64,000 nt of DNA from Acidiferrobacteraceae bacterium (lineage in GTDB: Bacteria; Pseudomonadota; Gammaproteobacteria; HyVt-429): assembly GCA_011052015.1 (NCBI GenBank), contig DRJZ01000051.1, forward strand, positions 828 through 64,827, read 5' to 3'. The translations under genes and the position numbers were made by a program. The first letter of the stretch is position 1, and each line of letters starts with the position of its first letter. The notes under the pieces were generated by a model. That model worked only from the letters and a program-made list of their open reading frames with translations, was not told the DNA's origin and did no database searches. This document shows, one piece after another, positions 39,171-50,352 of the stretch.

Positions 39171-40547
39171 TTAGCTGCCGGCAATAGTGAGGTTGTCTAT
39201 CAGCAATGATCCGGTACGTATATTCTTGCGAATATCCACATCCTGACCCACTTTTATGATCCCTTGAAACATGTCCTGGAGCTTACCTGCCACCGTAATC
39301 TCATCGACCGGATGCTGGATCTCACCGTTTTCGACCCAAAATCCTGCCGCACCACGAGAATAGTCACCGGTTAGAATATTCACACCAAACCCAATCAACT
39401 CTGTGATCAATAGCCCTGTGCCCATGGCGGCGAGCAGACCGGATAGATTGTCCTCGCCGGGTTTGATAATCATGTTATGTACCCCGCCAGCATTGCCGGT
39501 AGACTGCAAGCCCAGTTTGCGCGCCGAGTAACTGTCCAACAGATAACCTTGCAATATGCCATCTGTCACCAGATCACGCGGGTGGGTGGTAACCCCCTCA
39601 TTGTCGTAGGCACTGCTCCCCAGTCCACGGCATATATGAGGATTTTCATGGATCTGGACATGGGGGGCAAACAGCTGCTTGCCCTGGTGATCCACCAGAA
39701 ACGACGCCTTGCGGTATAGATTGCTTCCTTGGATCGCCGCACCCAAGTGGCCTAATACGCTGGATGCAATGGGCGCCTCAAAAACAACCGGGGCCTTGCG
39801 GGTGGAAAGTTGACGTGCATCCAATCGACGTAGGGTGCGCTGCGCCGCCTGCGCTCCCACCGTCTCGGCCAAATCTAAATCCTGCGCCCGTCTTGCCACG
39901 CTATACCACTGATCCCGCTGCATACCACGGTCATCCTGGCCCACCACGGCACAACCCAGACTGTGCCGGCTGGATCGTTGCCCAGCTAAAAATCCGTGGC
40001 TATTGGCATAGACCTCAATGCCCTCATGACTGGACAAAGTGGCCCCTTCGGAATTGATAATGCGCTTGTCACTGTCCCGGGCCACCTGTTCGCAGCTTTG
40101 CGCCACTTCGATGGCCTGGGGAACCGTCAGGTCCCAGGGATGGTGAAGGTCGAGATCCAATATCCGTGTGGCCATCTGTTCCTTGTCCGCCAACCCCCCA
40201 AAGGGGTCTTCGGCGGTATAACGCGCAATACTACAGGCGGCTTGCACGGTGTCACGCACTGCCTGGGGACTAAAATCCGAGGTACTGGCAGAACCGCTAT
40301 GGTCGCCAAAAAAGACAGTAATACCTAAAGACTTGTCACGATTATGCTCTATGGTTTCTACATCACCCAGACGCACGGTCACCGAGAATCCTCGACTAGC
40401 ATGGGCGGCGGCCTCAGCGCTACTGGCGCCCCGTGACTTGGCCTGGGCCAACGCACTTTCTACCAGCGTGGATAAGTCCGCCTGCAACGCATCATTGATG
40501 TAGGTCTCTGTCACCGCAGAGCCATTTTTAGAAGTAGATAACGTCAT
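39171..40547 (-). CDS. pmbA: PmbA/TldE metalloprotease
   Basis: TldD/PmbA-family fold; paired with tldD downstream. Confidence 0.8.
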   Translation of the reverse strand: MTLSTSKNGSAVTETYINDALQADLSTLVESALAQAKSRGASSAEAAAHASRGFSVTVRLGDVETIEHNRDKSLGITVFFGDHSGSASTSDFSPQAVRDTVQAACSIARYTAEDPFGGLADKEQMATRILDLDLHHPWDLTVPQAIEVAQSCEQVARDSDKRIINSEGATLSSHEGIEVYANSHGFLAGQRSSRHSLGCAVVGQDDRGMQRDQWYSVARRAQDLDLAETVGAQAAQRTLRRLDARQLSTRKAPVVFEAPIASSVLGHLGAAIQGSNLYRKASFLVDHQGKQLFAPHVQIHENPHICRGLGSSAYDNEGVTTHPRDLVTDGILQGYLLDSYSARKLGLQSTGNAGGVHNMIIKPGEDNLSGLLAAMGTGLLITELIGFGVNILTGDYSRGAAGFWVENGEIQHPVDEITVAGKLQDMFQGIIKVGQDVDIRKNIRTGSLLIDNLTIAGS

Positions 40548-40573
40548 TTGATACCATTCCCTTCAAGCTTTTT

Positions 40574-42016
40574 TCAATCACCAACCTGGGTCCCACCTAC
40601 CGTAAGACCATCAATGCGTAGAGTCGGTTGCCCCACCCCCACCGGCACACTCTGACCTTCCTTACCACAGGTGCCGACACCACTATCGAGTTCCAGATCA
40701 TTTCCGACCATGGCCACGCGGGTAAGTACATCCGGACCATTACCAATAAGCGTGGCGCCTTTAACCGGCCGAGTGACCTTCCCATGTTCGATGAGATAGG
40801 CTTCACTGGCAGAAAACACGAATTTGCCCGAGGTAATATCCACCTGACCACCACCGAAATTTACCGCATAGAGCCCCTTATCCACCGAGGCAATAATTTC
40901 CTGCGGATCATATTGCCCTGCAATCATAAAGGTGTTGGTCATGCGCGGCATGGGAAGATGGGCATAAGATTCACGCCGCCCATTGCCGGTGGGTGGCACA
41001 TTCATCAAACGGGCGTTCATATTATCCTGCATGTAGGCGGTGAGAATGCCGTTCTCTATGAGCACAGTACGTTGGGCCGGTGTGCCTTCGTCATCTATGG
41101 TTAAGGAACCTCGACGATCTTTCAGGGTGCCATCATCCACCACGGTGCACTGATCCGAGGCGACCTTTTCCCCCATCCGGCCGCTAAAGGCAGAGGTGCC
41201 CTTGCGGTTAAAGTCTCCTTCCAGACCATGACCAATGGCCTCATGCAATAAGATACCGGGCCAACCCGGACCCAACACCACGGTCATGGAACCGGCCGGG
41301 GGTTCGTCGGCCTCAAGATTGACCAAGGCCTGGCGCACGGCCTCGCGGGCGTAACCCAAGGCCTTGTCCGAATCCAGAAAATAGTCGTATCCGCAACGAC
41401 CACCTCCACCGGCATGGCCTTGCTCACGACGCCCATTTTGTTCAACAATGACGGTGACATTGAGTCGAACCAAGGGCCGGATATCCGCTGCCAATACACC
41501 ATCGCTGCGTACCACCAGAATTTGTTCAAAGCTCGCAGCCACATTGGCCATGACTTCCTTGACCCGGGTGTCCTGGGCACGGGCCTCGGCCTCTACCTGC
41601 TCAAGCAATGCGATTTTGTCATCGTCTTTCAGGCTGGCCAATGGGTCCAACGAGGAGTAAAGCGCCGGCGCCTTGACGCCCTGCCAGACCATGGCGGCCT
41701 GCTTGCCATCCCCACTTTGGGCAATAGCCCGTGCGGCCCGTGCAGCATCCAGCAAGGCGGGGATCTGTAACTCATCTGAGTAGGCAAACCCGGACTTTTC
41801 CCCCATCACGGCACGTGCGCCCACACCTTGATCGATGCTGTGACTGCCGGATTTCACCTGCCCTTCTTCCAGGGACCAGGCCTCGTGCCGGCTGTATTGG
41901 AAATACAGGTCTGCGTAGTCCATTGCCGGCCCATAGAGCTGACCAATGAGCCGGTCCAGTTCCGAATCACCAATCCCGGCGGGTTCCAATAAGCTTTGTT
42001 TGACTTGCTCTAACAT
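40574..42016 (-). CDS. tldD: TldD metalloprotease
   Basis: TldD family with HEAIGHGLE metal-binding motif; 480 aa. Confidence 0.9.
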   Translation of the reverse strand: MLEQVKQSLLEPAGIGDSELDRLIGQLYGPAMDYADLYFQYSRHEAWSLEEGQVKSGSHSIDQGVGARAVMGEKSGFAYSDELQIPALLDAARAARAIAQSGDGKQAAMVWQGVKAPALYSSLDPLASLKDDDKIALLEQVEAEARAQDTRVKEVMANVAASFEQILVVRSDGVLAADIRPLVRLNVTVIVEQNGRREQGHAGGGGRCGYDYFLDSDKALGYAREAVRQALVNLEADEPPAGSMTVVLGPGWPGILLHEAIGHGLEGDFNRKGTSAFSGRMGEKVASDQCTVVDDGTLKDRRGSLTIDDEGTPAQRTVLIENGILTAYMQDNMNARLMNVPPTGNGRRESYAHLPMPRMTNTFMIAGQYDPQEIIASVDKGLYAVNFGGGQVDITSGKFVFSASEAYLIEHGKVTRPVKGATLIGNGPDVLTRVAMVGNDLELDSGVGTCGKEGQSVPVGVGQPTLRIDGLTVGGTQVGD

Positions 42017-42834
42017 CTTAGTGTGATACCTATCTTGCGATGCTGAATGCTGGGAAGCTTTTTGCGGATGGACTTCAATTCACCCAAATCCAGATCGGCA
42101 ATCACCAAGCCCTCACCCGTTTTACATCGATTCAGAATATTGCCCCACGGGTCCACTACCATACTGTCGCCGTGAGTTGAGCGGCCATTGGCATGCCGCC
42201 CCCATTGGGCTGCCGCCACCACAAAAGCGCTGTTCTCAATGGCACGGGCGCGTAGCAACACCTCCCAGTGCGCCTGCCCGGTAAGCGTCGTAAATGCAGC
42301 GGGAATCAAAAACACTTCGGCCCGCCTATCCAACATGGCGCGAAACAGTTCGGGAAAACGCAAGTCATAACAAACTGCAACACCCAATCTGCCGTGGGGC
42401 GTGTCCAGCACAACGATGTCTTTACCCGCAGTATAGTAATCCGTTTCCCGGTAAGACTCGCCCCCATCCAATTCCACATCAAATAAATGAATCTTGTCAT
42501 AACGGGCACGGCTCTTCCCCTGGGGGTCGAACAGCAGACAACTGCTACACAATTTATCATGTCCGTCATTGAGCAAGGGGAGAGTCCCTCCCACCAGCCA
42601 AAGCCCATGCTGCCGGGCCATGGCCGCCAGAAAGTCCTGGATTGGACCGGCCCCCGGGGTTTCACGAGACCGCCAACGTGCGTCGTCATCGCGAGGCATG
42701 AGGGCAAAGTTTTCCGGCAACAGGACTACCTCGGCACCGGCGCTATGCGCCTGGGAGATCAAGTCCCCGGCGCGGGCAAGATTTTCCGAAACCTCGGTGC
42801 CCGAGGTCATTTGTATCGCGCCAACACGGGTCAC
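42010..42834 (-). CDS. Carbon-nitrogen hydrolase family (Nit/omega-amidase-like)
   Basis: Nitrilase-superfamily catalytic triad context (E in LPENF, K, C in [11 protein letters not shown]). Confidence 0.8.
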   Translation of the reverse strand: MTRVGAIQMTSGTEVSENLARAGDLISQAHSAGAEVVLLPENFALMPRDDDARWRSRETPGAGPIQDFLAAMARQHGLWLVGGTLPLLNDGHDKLCSSCLLFDPQGKSRARYDKIHLFDVELDGGESYRETDYYTAGKDIVVLDTPHGRLGVAVCYDLRFPELFRAMLDRRAEVFLIPAAFTTLTGQAHWEVLLRARAIENSAFVVAAAQWGRHANGRSTHGDSMVVDPWGNILNRCKTGEGLVIADLDLGELKSIRKKLPSIQHRKIGITLRC

Positions 42835-43187
42835 TGGGTTGGCGCGCCAGGCTGGATCTCCAGCACCATCATATCGGCCTTACCGGAACCGGGCTCAAGG
42901 ATCATCCGCGAGGAAGCCACCCCCAAACTGACTAACCAATCCCTCAGCTGCCCAGCCCAAGTCACTCCCTGATCACCACCTGGATAGCGAATATTGATAC
43001 TGCTATCGGGGGCCAACTCAACGGCCTTCATCAGTTTTTTTAGCGGGGCAAGTTCAATCACCTTTTGACCGCGATCCATCTGTTTCCATTGCTCTAAGGG
43101 CAAGGAGATACTTTCGGCCACAACCATGGCAGGTAAAACCAAAACGAATATAAGGACTGCTCGAATCATATAAGCGAAGCATAGCAT
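42831..43187 (-). CDS. Hypothetical secreted protein
   Basis: Signal-peptide-like N-terminus; stop overlaps the nitrilase-family start (operon member between yhdP and nit). Confidence 0.4.
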   Translation of the reverse strand: MLCFAYMIRAVLIFVLVLPAMVVAESISLPLEQWKQMDRGQKVIELAPLKKLMKAVELAPDSSINIRYPGGDQGVTWAGQLRDWLVSLGVASSRMILEPGSGKADMMVLEIQPGAPTQ

Positions 43188-43194
43188 CCTCCTA

Positions 43195-46100
43195 TCAACC
43201 CTGGGAATGGCTCTCTACTCGAGTCATAGCGGGATCATCCCAGGGACCGGTGACCACATAGTGATATTTCACCAGACCGGATAATTGTTTTTTAAATACC
43301 TTTTGGAACAAGAAGATGGCAGCGCCTGTGGCCGGACTACCCAGGACACTCCCGGCAATCGCCAGATTACCCCCCAATCGTGGGATCACGGTCAACTCAA
43401 GATCATAATCCTCGGTAACGATACCACTACGTCCAACAATTCGAATATCCGCAGTCGGGCCAAGCAGGCTCAAATCCTGAGTATAGGCGGTGCCATTTTC
43501 GATCTGCAGCCCACCGCTAATACGATCAAAGGCAAAGCCTTTGGAAAAGACATCAGTGAAGTCGAGTCGTAATCGACGCGCCAGGGCGTCCAGATTAAAC
43601 AGGCCCAAAAATCGACCCGCGCCGGGATCCACTTTGGGGAAACGGCCTTGGCTGGCATCAACCTGAATGCTTGCGTTCACCGTGTCCAGATTAAAATTCT
43701 GTAACCCACCCGACCAATCCAGGTCCACCTGCAATTTTGCATGGCCGCCCTCCACCTGTCCTGGCAGACTCCAATCTTGCAGGCTCTTGCCTATATCAGT
43801 AGTTTTCATCTCAATGTGATACTGGGATCGACCTTTGTCCGGTCGTGTTTGCCATTGGCCATAAGCCGACAAGGAAGAATGTGGCTTACTGAGATCAAAT
43901 TTTTCCACACGCCAACCATGCTCTATGGGTGACGCACTCAACTCCATCTTGCCCAGCGCCAAATCACCATAACGGAACCGTTGCGCCTGAATTTTTAATT
44001 CGGGTAAATCAGATCGGGATGCTGCGGTGGAAAGAGGTGAAGTCGTCTTACCAGTTTCGGCGACGCCCTTGGCCCAATAAAGATGTTCCAACTGCAGTTC
44101 CAGTTGTTTTTTGGCATCACCCCACAAAAAATCAAAATCACCTGCAATCTCGGCAGCAGAGATTGACCCTTGCCAACGATTGTATTTATCACGACTACCG
44201 CTTAGATGAACATCGGAAAATTGACGATCAAAGAACCTTAAAGTTCCCACATTGCTGCTCAACCTGCTAATACCTGCATCGGCCCGTAAATTGCTGCGCT
44301 GTGTGATGGGTTTTAAATAGGCCAACCACTTATCCAAATCGACCTCATCCAGCGCCACATGCAAACCGACACCCTTCTCCCTGGTGGTCTTTGCGGTGAC
44401 ACTACCCACCACGATTTGCCCACGCTCCAAAACCGCTTCACTTGCTTGGCGCCGAAACCACAACTGGCCATTTAACCGATCATGGATACGAAAACTGACA
44501 TCACGCCCCGTCCCGCCATGGAAACGCGTCTTGACACGCAAGGGCCATACATCACCGGCAGCTTTATCTAAGGGTGCCGGTGCAGTCGAATAGACCTCAT
44601 ACAAATTTGATGCCACACTGAGTTCACCGCCGTCCTCACCCAGGCGCAAGCTTCCATGCCAATCTGCTTCACCATTGAGCGGTGCAACCAATTCTTTTCC
44701 AAGCAGCTGATCCAGGTTCTTGATTCGGACGCGTCCACTCATATTAACCACCACCGTGGGAATCAGGCCTGGCCTGGGTGTTGACACGGATAGCAAGGCC
44801 TTACCTCCCAAGACCTTTACAGGTAGCGACCCACTGCGCACCTCGGTTTCACTAAACGATAGGGGGCCCGTTAGACCGGAAATCTCTATGCCACCACCCA
44901 ACCGTAGGGCTGCATTATTAAACATATAGCGCCCCGACACACGACTGGCTTTTGGGTTTTTAATCGGCACCTCAACGCTGATGTCTAAGACCCCTTGACC
45001 ACGCCCACTCATTGCTGCAAGCGCAACACGCGCTTTCTTAAATAACGGCCCACTCTGTAAAAACTCTACTACCCGGTCAAACCCACCTTCCAACCGCCCG
45101 GAAACTTTTATTACCTTTTTGGGGTCTTTAAAATTATTAATTCGCACATTGACATTGGATGTGCTCAGTCCATTTACCAGGGCATGACTTCCAGTAACCA
45201 GCAAGCCAGCCTTTTCAAACAATAAGTCTGCGTTGGCTTGCTCAGCCTTTGGCCAGCCCGGCGCATAATCAAGTACCCCGCCAGTCACCCGAGCGTGAAC
45301 CTTAAATTCACCTGGCCTGTTTATAAACGGCCATTCGCGCACGTTCCCTTTATAATAAAGGCTCCCATTGACTACCTTGCCAGCAATGATAGCCCGATTT
45401 AACCAACGAACCGTTTTAGGCCTAAGTCGTCTGCTGGGGATATAACGAGACGCATGGCTAACATCCCCTTCACTGAAAGCTGCCTCAAGGAAAAGATACG
45501 GAGAAATAGATCGATCAAATGGCACACGAGCTTCAAATTTACCCGTACCCTGACCATCTTCATTACCAACGGCAAGTTTTTTACCCGTCACTTGCCAATG
45601 ATCAGAACTTTTCTTCCATATAATTTCACCTCGCGCAAAACCTACCGGCAAGGGTTGCTCAAACAATCTGGGGAACTCTACCATAGCGCTTTTTGTGTCA
45701 AGCTCGAATCGTCCGCCGGTTTTATGTAACGACAACAATCCATTTGCACCACGCACCCCAGGAAATTTCTTATAGGGTAATACTGAAGCATTGACCAACC
45801 TGGCATCCAGCTGAAAGGCCTCCGGTTTTTTCCAGCCTCCTTTCAGCAATAGCCTTAGATCGCGGACCTCGCCGCCAGGCTGTAACTGTTGAATGATCCG
45901 GACGGGTTTACTGTCGCTTCTTAATTTGTTGATAAGCGCAACCATATCTTGCACGCGAACCCGGTCCACATGAAATGATAGCTCTTTTTTGTCACTTCTA
46001 AGTTTTGCTCTTAAATGACCCGCCGACCAAGGTTTGTCTTCAAACCACAAGTTCAGGTGGTCGATATCGAATTGCCAGCCATTTGATTCACGCTGCCACA

Positions 46101-47142
46101 GAAAATGACCCTCCAGGTTTTTTACCTGGAAGGGTGTACGCAGATCGTCTAAATCAGTTTTGAATCTTTTTATACCCACAGCACCGTTAGCGCGCTCTAA
46201 GCGCCCCGCCGCCCATAAAAATCTAGCCTTGGCGTTAATCTTTCCTGTTAAGGTCCGAGGCAGTTGTTCTCTGATGATTTTGGGCAATCGATCAATGTCG
46301 AGTGTCGCCACTTCAAAATCGAGCTTGCCGCGCCAATCTGTATCGATAAGGGGTATCCCCTCGATATCCGCCGATACCGAAAGACTTTCTGAGACTACAT
46401 CAATGAGTTGCGCAGACCCGTTAAAACGATGATGACTGCCATCGTTCTCCAGCTTGAGCGTCAGACTGGAGAGATTGATCGGCAGTCCTCCAGATTGCTT
46501 GTCCACCCACATCACCTCACCGTCTTCAATGAGGATTTTGTTTTGCCGGAACAACCAATTGACAAATGACTTGCCACCGGTGCCTTTAATGTTATCCTTA
46601 CCCCGGTCACTTGGCGTAATGTCACCAAACTCTATGCTGCCATCTTCAAGCCGAGTAACCTGCAATGATGGCCGCACCAGAATCAGGTCATCCAATACCA
46701 GCTCCCCAATCAACAAGGGTAAAGTGGCAACACGAATTTTTACCGCATCAAGACGAATGGCAATTTTGCGTCCGTCTTCGGATAACAAATAGAGATCTTC
46801 GACCAGCAGACGGGGGTAGAGGCCATGCCAATAGGCTTCGAGTTTCCCTATACGCACCGGGCGATTGGATTTTTGGGACAAATAGGTCTCTATTTCAGCC
46901 TTTTTATCACCCAGAGAAGGTAACCAAACCTTTAAAACCACCACCACCACAGTCACCAGAACCAGAAAAATCAAGCCCATATTCCGCAACCAGCGACCAC
47001 ATCGACGCAGATGGGGTCCACTCGCCCTGGAGGCAGGGTGGTCCATTAATTTCTTGACGTGTGGATTACGAAAGAGGCTCAATGCACAGGATCCTGGTAA
47101 ATAGTGTTGGCTGCTGCTGTTTGGTGGTGGCCGAGGTCCCAT
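43195..47142 (-). CDS. yhdP: YhdP-like (AsmA-family/DUF3971) large inner-membrane-anchored periplasmic protein
   Basis: About 1300 aa, single N-terminal TM, beta-rich repetitive body; conserved synteny tldD ... yhdP-rng-maf; true start probably an internal ATG (MDHPASR... or MGLIFLVLV...). Confidence 0.7.
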   Translation of the reverse strand: MGPRPPPNSSSQHYLPGSCALSLFRNPHVKKLMDHPASRASGPHLRRCGRWLRNMGLIFLVLVTVVVVVLKVWLPSLGDKKAEIETYLSQKSNRPVRIGKLEAYWHGLYPRLLVEDLYLLSEDGRKIAIRLDAVKIRVATLPLLIGELVLDDLILVRPSLQVTRLEDGSIEFGDITPSDRGKDNIKGTGGKSFVNWLFRQNKILIEDGEVMWVDKQSGGLPINLSSLTLKLENDGSHHRFNGSAQLIDVVSESLSVSADIEGIPLIDTDWRGKLDFEVATLDIDRLPKIIREQLPRTLTGKINAKARFLWAAGRLERANGAVGIKRFKTDLDDLRTPFQVKNLEGHFLWQRESNGWQFDIDHLNLWFEDKPWSAGHLRAKLRSDKKELSFHVDRVRVQDMVALINKLRSDSKPVRIIQQLQPGGEVRDLRLLLKGGWKKPEAFQLDARLVNASVLPYKKFPGVRGANGLLSLHKTGGRFELDTKSAMVEFPRLFEQPLPVGFARGEIIWKKSSDHWQVTGKKLAVGNEDGQGTGKFEARVPFDRSISPYLFLEAAFSEGDVSHASRYIPSRRLRPKTVRWLNRAIIAGKVVNGSLYYKGNVREWPFINRPGEFKVHARVTGGVLDYAPGWPKAEQANADLLFEKAGLLVTGSHALVNGLSTSNVNVRINNFKDPKKVIKVSGRLEGGFDRVVEFLQSGPLFKKARVALAAMSGRGQGVLDISVEVPIKNPKASRVSGRYMFNNAALRLGGGIEISGLTGPLSFSETEVRSGSLPVKVLGGKALLSVSTPRPGLIPTVVVNMSGRVRIKNLDQLLGKELVAPLNGEADWHGSLRLGEDGGELSVASNLYEVYSTAPAPLDKAAGDVWPLRVKTRFHGGTGRDVSFRIHDRLNGQLWFRRQASEAVLERGQIVVGSVTAKTTREKGVGLHVALDEVDLDKWLAYLKPITQRSNLRADAGISRLSSNVGTLRFFDRQFSDVHLSGSRDKYNRWQGSISAAEIAGDFDFLWGDAKKQLELQLEHLYWAKGVAETGKTTSPLSTAASRSDLPELKIQAQRFRYGDLALGKMELSASPIEHGWRVEKFDLSKPHSSLSAYGQWQTRPDKGRSQYHIEMKTTDIGKSLQDWSLPGQVEGGHAKLQVDLDWSGGLQNFNLDTVNASIQVDASQGRFPKVDPGAGRFLGLFNLDALARRLRLDFTDVFSKGFAFDRISGGLQIENGTAYTQDLSLLGPTADIRIVGRSGIVTEDYDLELTVIPRLGGNLAIAGSVLGSPATGAAIFLFQKVFKKQLSGLVKYHYVVTGPWDDPAMTRVESHSQG

Positions 47143-47173
47143 TATACCGGCTTGGAGGGATGGGGTCCTGCCG

Positions 47174-48655
47174 CTACATCAAAACGATATCAAACTCTTC
47201 CTGGTGGTACTGGGACTCCACCTGCAGATGGATGGGACGACCAATAAACTCCTGTAATTTCACCAGACTCTCCGATTCTTCATCAAGCAGCAGATCGACA
47301 ACCCACTGTGATGCCACCACCTGATACTCTTTGGCGTCAAACTGGCGCGACTCACGCAAAATATCTCTAAAGATCTCATAGCATACCGTCTGCGGAGACT
47401 TCAGCACTCCACGGCCACTACAGATGGGACAGGTCCCACACAGGACCCGTTCCAGACTTTCCCTGGAACGCTTGCGGGTGACCTCGACCAAACCCAGGGG
47501 TGACATCGTGGTGACCGAGGTTTTAACGTGATCGTGGGCCAAGGCCTTTTCCAGGGCGCGCATAACCTGACGCTGATGTTCCACCTCCTGCATATCGATA
47601 AAATCAATGATGATGATGCCACCAATATTGCGCAAACGAAGCTGACGAGCAATGGTCTGTGCCGCCTCAAGATTGGTTTTATACAGGGTCTCTTCAAGAT
47701 TACGGCGACCCACAAAGCCACCGGTATTCACGTCCACTGTGGTCATGGCCTCAGTCTGATCAATAATCAAAAAACCACCCGATTTAAGCATCACCTTTTT
47801 CTCTAAGGCCTTCTGTATCTCATCTTCCACCGAGTGCAGATCAAAAATGGGGCGCTCGCCCGGGTAGTATTCGATCCGGTCTTTGACCTCGGGTATCAGC
47901 TCTTCGGCAAATTTCTGGGCCTTCTGAAAGGTCTCGCGTGAATCGATACGCACCTTTTCTACTCGTCCCCCTACGAGATCGCGCATAAACCGCATGGCCA
48001 AAGACAAATCTTCGTGGACCAGGCTTTTGGCCGGTGAGTTCTTGATTTGCTCGCGAATCTTGGCCCAGGTGCGGTTTAGAAACAAGATATCGCTCTTAAA
48101 TTCATCGAGGCTTACCGTCTCGGCCATAGTGCGGACAATGTAACCACCCTCTATCTGGTCCCCCATTGCACGACGCACAGTGGTCCTTAATTGCTCGCGC
48201 TCCTGGGCATCCTCAATTCTTTGTGAGACTCCAATGTTGTTGGAATACGGCAGGTAAACTAAGTTACGTGCCGGAATGGCAATCTGGGTCGTGAGTCGGG
48301 CACCCTTGGTGCTTATAGGGTCTTTCACAACTTGAACTATAATATCCTGGCCTTCCCGAAGCAGTTGGTCAATCGACTTGGTTTCTTCGCCACTTTCATG
48401 CCCATTGCCGTTATCCTCTGACTGACCTTCCTGGATAATATCCGACGCATGCAAAAAGGCGGTGCGCTCTAAGCTGGCGTCGACAAATGCGGCCTGCATA
48501 CCCGGCAATATGCGCACCACCGTTCCTTTGTATAGATTGCCTACTAACCCCCGACTACTGGTGCGTTCTATATGCACCTCTTGCAAGACACCGTTCTCCA
48601 CCACCGCAACCCGTGTCTCTTGTGGGGTAACATTGATCAGTATCTCTTCGCTCAC
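47174..48655 (-). CDS. rng: Ribonuclease G
   Basis: S1 domain N-terminus, RNase E/G catalytic domain; 493 aa. Confidence 0.85.
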   Translation of the reverse strand: MSEEILINVTPQETRVAVVENGVLQEVHIERTSSRGLVGNLYKGTVVRILPGMQAAFVDASLERTAFLHASDIIQEGQSEDNGNGHESGEETKSIDQLLREGQDIIVQVVKDPISTKGARLTTQIAIPARNLVYLPYSNNIGVSQRIEDAQEREQLRTTVRRAMGDQIEGGYIVRTMAETVSLDEFKSDILFLNRTWAKIREQIKNSPAKSLVHEDLSLAMRFMRDLVGGRVEKVRIDSRETFQKAQKFAEELIPEVKDRIEYYPGERPIFDLHSVEDEIQKALEKKVMLKSGGFLIIDQTEAMTTVDVNTGGFVGRRNLEETLYKTNLEAAQTIARQLRLRNIGGIIIIDFIDMQEVEHQRQVMRALEKALAHDHVKTSVTTMSPLGLVEVTRKRSRESLERVLCGTCPICSGRGVLKSPQTVCYEIFRDILRESRQFDAKEYQVVASQWVVDLLLDEESESLVKLQEFIGRPIHLQVESQYHQEEFDIVLM

Positions 48656-48656
48656 G

Positions 48657-49238
48657 CTAGGTTATCCCGATTTTCTTGAACAAACTTGAGACCTCGAATA
48701 AAGGCAGTCCGACCACTCCGGTGTAGCTGCCCTCCAATCGAGATATAAAAGCCGCAGCACGACCTTGTATCCCATAACCCCCGGCCTTGTCCATCGGCTC
48801 ACCGCTGTCCCAATAACGTACAACGTCCTGATCCGACAGGCGATCAAAGCTTACTTTGCTAAGACTCAATACCCCATAGTCCCGATCATCGGCGTTGATA
48901 TTCACTGCGGTCATCACCTCATGAGTGGTCCCCGACAAGCGCCTCAACATATCGATACCGTGGGTGCGATTCCGGGGTTTGCCGAGGATTTCCCCATCAA
49001 TCACAACACAGGTGTCTGCGCCTAAAATAGGCATTATCACCATACCCTGCTTACTGATTTGAGTATTCGCGGCAGAGGATTTCTCTTGGGCCATCCGGGT
49101 CACAAAATGTTCTGCGGTCTCTCCCTTAGCAGGGTGTTCGGGGACATCGACAACGAACACCTCAAACTCGATACCCATTTGACGCAACAATTCCTGGCGC
49201 CGGGGTGATCGGGATGCAAGATAGAGTGATGGCTGCAT
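48657..49238 (-). CDS. maf: Maf-family nucleoside triphosphate pyrophosphatase
   Basis: LYLASRSPRRQELL N-terminus; 193 aa. Confidence 0.85.
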   Translation of the reverse strand: MQPSLYLASRSPRRQELLRQMGIEFEVFVVDVPEHPAKGETAEHFVTRMAQEKSSAANTQISKQGMVIMPILGADTCVVIDGEILGKPRNRTHGIDMLRRLSGTTHEVMTAVNINADDRDYGVLSLSKVSFDRLSDQDVVRYWDSGEPMDKAGGYGIQGRAAAFISRLEGSYTGVVGLPLFEVSSLFKKIGIT

Positions 49239-49248
49239 AGGCTGGGCC

Positions 49249-49719
49249 TCAGGCTCGATGATAGGGCAGATTGTTCAAAATACTCCAGGCGCGGTACAAC
49301 TGCTCCGCCACCACCACCCTTACCAGGGCGTGGGGCAGAGTCAATGCCGACAACGACCAGGTCTCTTCGGCTCTGTCCAGGCATTGGGTATCGAGGCCGT
49401 CCGGCCCACCAATCACCACCGCCACGTCCTGCCCTTGTCCCAACCAGGTGTTTAGCGCATCGGCCAGTTGTTGGGTGGAACGGGATTGGCCCCTCACATC
49501 CAGGGCAATCAAACGATTATGCTTTGGTACGGCCCGCAAAATGGCATCGCCTTCAATTTTTTTAAGCTGACTGGGGCCCGCAGATTTTATCCGTTTAGCC
49601 ACGGGGATTTCCAAAAGTTCCAGACGGCACTGGTGTGGGAGACGCCGTGCATAATCCCGATACCCCATGTCGACCCAATCTGGCATACGCGTCCCCACCG
49701 CCACTATCGTAATGCGCAC
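49249..49719 (-). CDS. rlmH: 23S rRNA (pseudouridine1915-N3)-methyltransferase RlmH
   Basis: SPOUT-fold RlmH signature; 156 aa. Confidence 0.9.
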   Translation of the reverse strand: MRITIVAVGTRMPDWVDMGYRDYARRLPHQCRLELLEIPVAKRIKSAGPSQLKKIEGDAILRAVPKHNRLIALDVRGQSRSTQQLADALNTWLGQGQDVAVVIGGPDGLDTQCLDRAEETWSLSALTLPHALVRVVVAEQLYRAWSILNNLPYHRA

Positions 49720-49766
49720 CGGCCAGACCCCAACGAATCGTAATTATGAATAAGGCCTTCTCTTCG

Positions 49767-49924
49767 CCACTGAGGCACGGAGAACACAGAGAAAAACATG
49801 TAGTTAAAGCGTATCGCATCATCATTCATGACCATGCAGAACAAGGGGGTATGCCCGGAACCATCATGATGGCCAGTAGCCATAGCATACAAGGTCATTC
49901 TCCGTGTTCTCCGTGCCTCAGTGG
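49767..49924. repeat. REP-like long inverted repeat pair (21-bp arms separated by about 116 bp)
   Basis: CCACTGAGGCACGGAGAACAC (49767-49787) and GTGTTCTCCGTGCCTCAGTGG (49904-49924) are exact reverse complements; related single arms occur elsewhere in the window. Confidence 0.7.
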
Positions 49925-49966
49925 CGATGTGCCTGCTTACCTACTCAATATGAAGTACTCACAGGA

Positions 49967-50329
49967 CTATTCTGAGTCCTGACGTTGTGCCTCCACCTTA
50001 GAGATCAGGTCACGACTCCACAACTTTTCAAGATCATAAAAAGAACGGGTCGCTGGTAACATTACATGCAATATCAGGTCACCAAAATCGACAAGCACCC
50101 ATTCGCCTTCTTGTTCACCCTCCATTCCCAACGGCCGATGGCCATGTTCTTTCATTGCATCTATGGTTTTATCGGCCATGGCCTTCACATGCCGACTGGA
50201 GGTGCCCGTTGCGATAACCATAAAATCGGCGATATCCGTCATCTGATGGACATCTAAAACCTGTATATCCTGCGCTTTTAAGTCCTCAAGTGCGGTCACC
50301 ACGATACCTCGCATTTCTTCGGCTTGCAT
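49967..50329 (-). CDS. rsfS: Ribosomal silencing factor RsfS (Iojap)
   Basis: MQAEEMRGIVVTALEDLKAQDI...MVIATGTSSRHV...LGMEGE...WVLVDFGDLILHVM; the 176-aa ORF track is an upstream over-extension. Confidence 0.8.
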   Translation of the reverse strand: MQAEEMRGIVVTALEDLKAQDIQVLDVHQMTDIADFMVIATGTSSRHVKAMADKTIDAMKEHGHRPLGMEGEQEGEWVLVDFGDLILHVMLPATRSFYDLEKLWSRDLISKVEAQRQDSE

Positions 50330-50352
50330 AATGCCTGTCATTCCCCCCGTAT

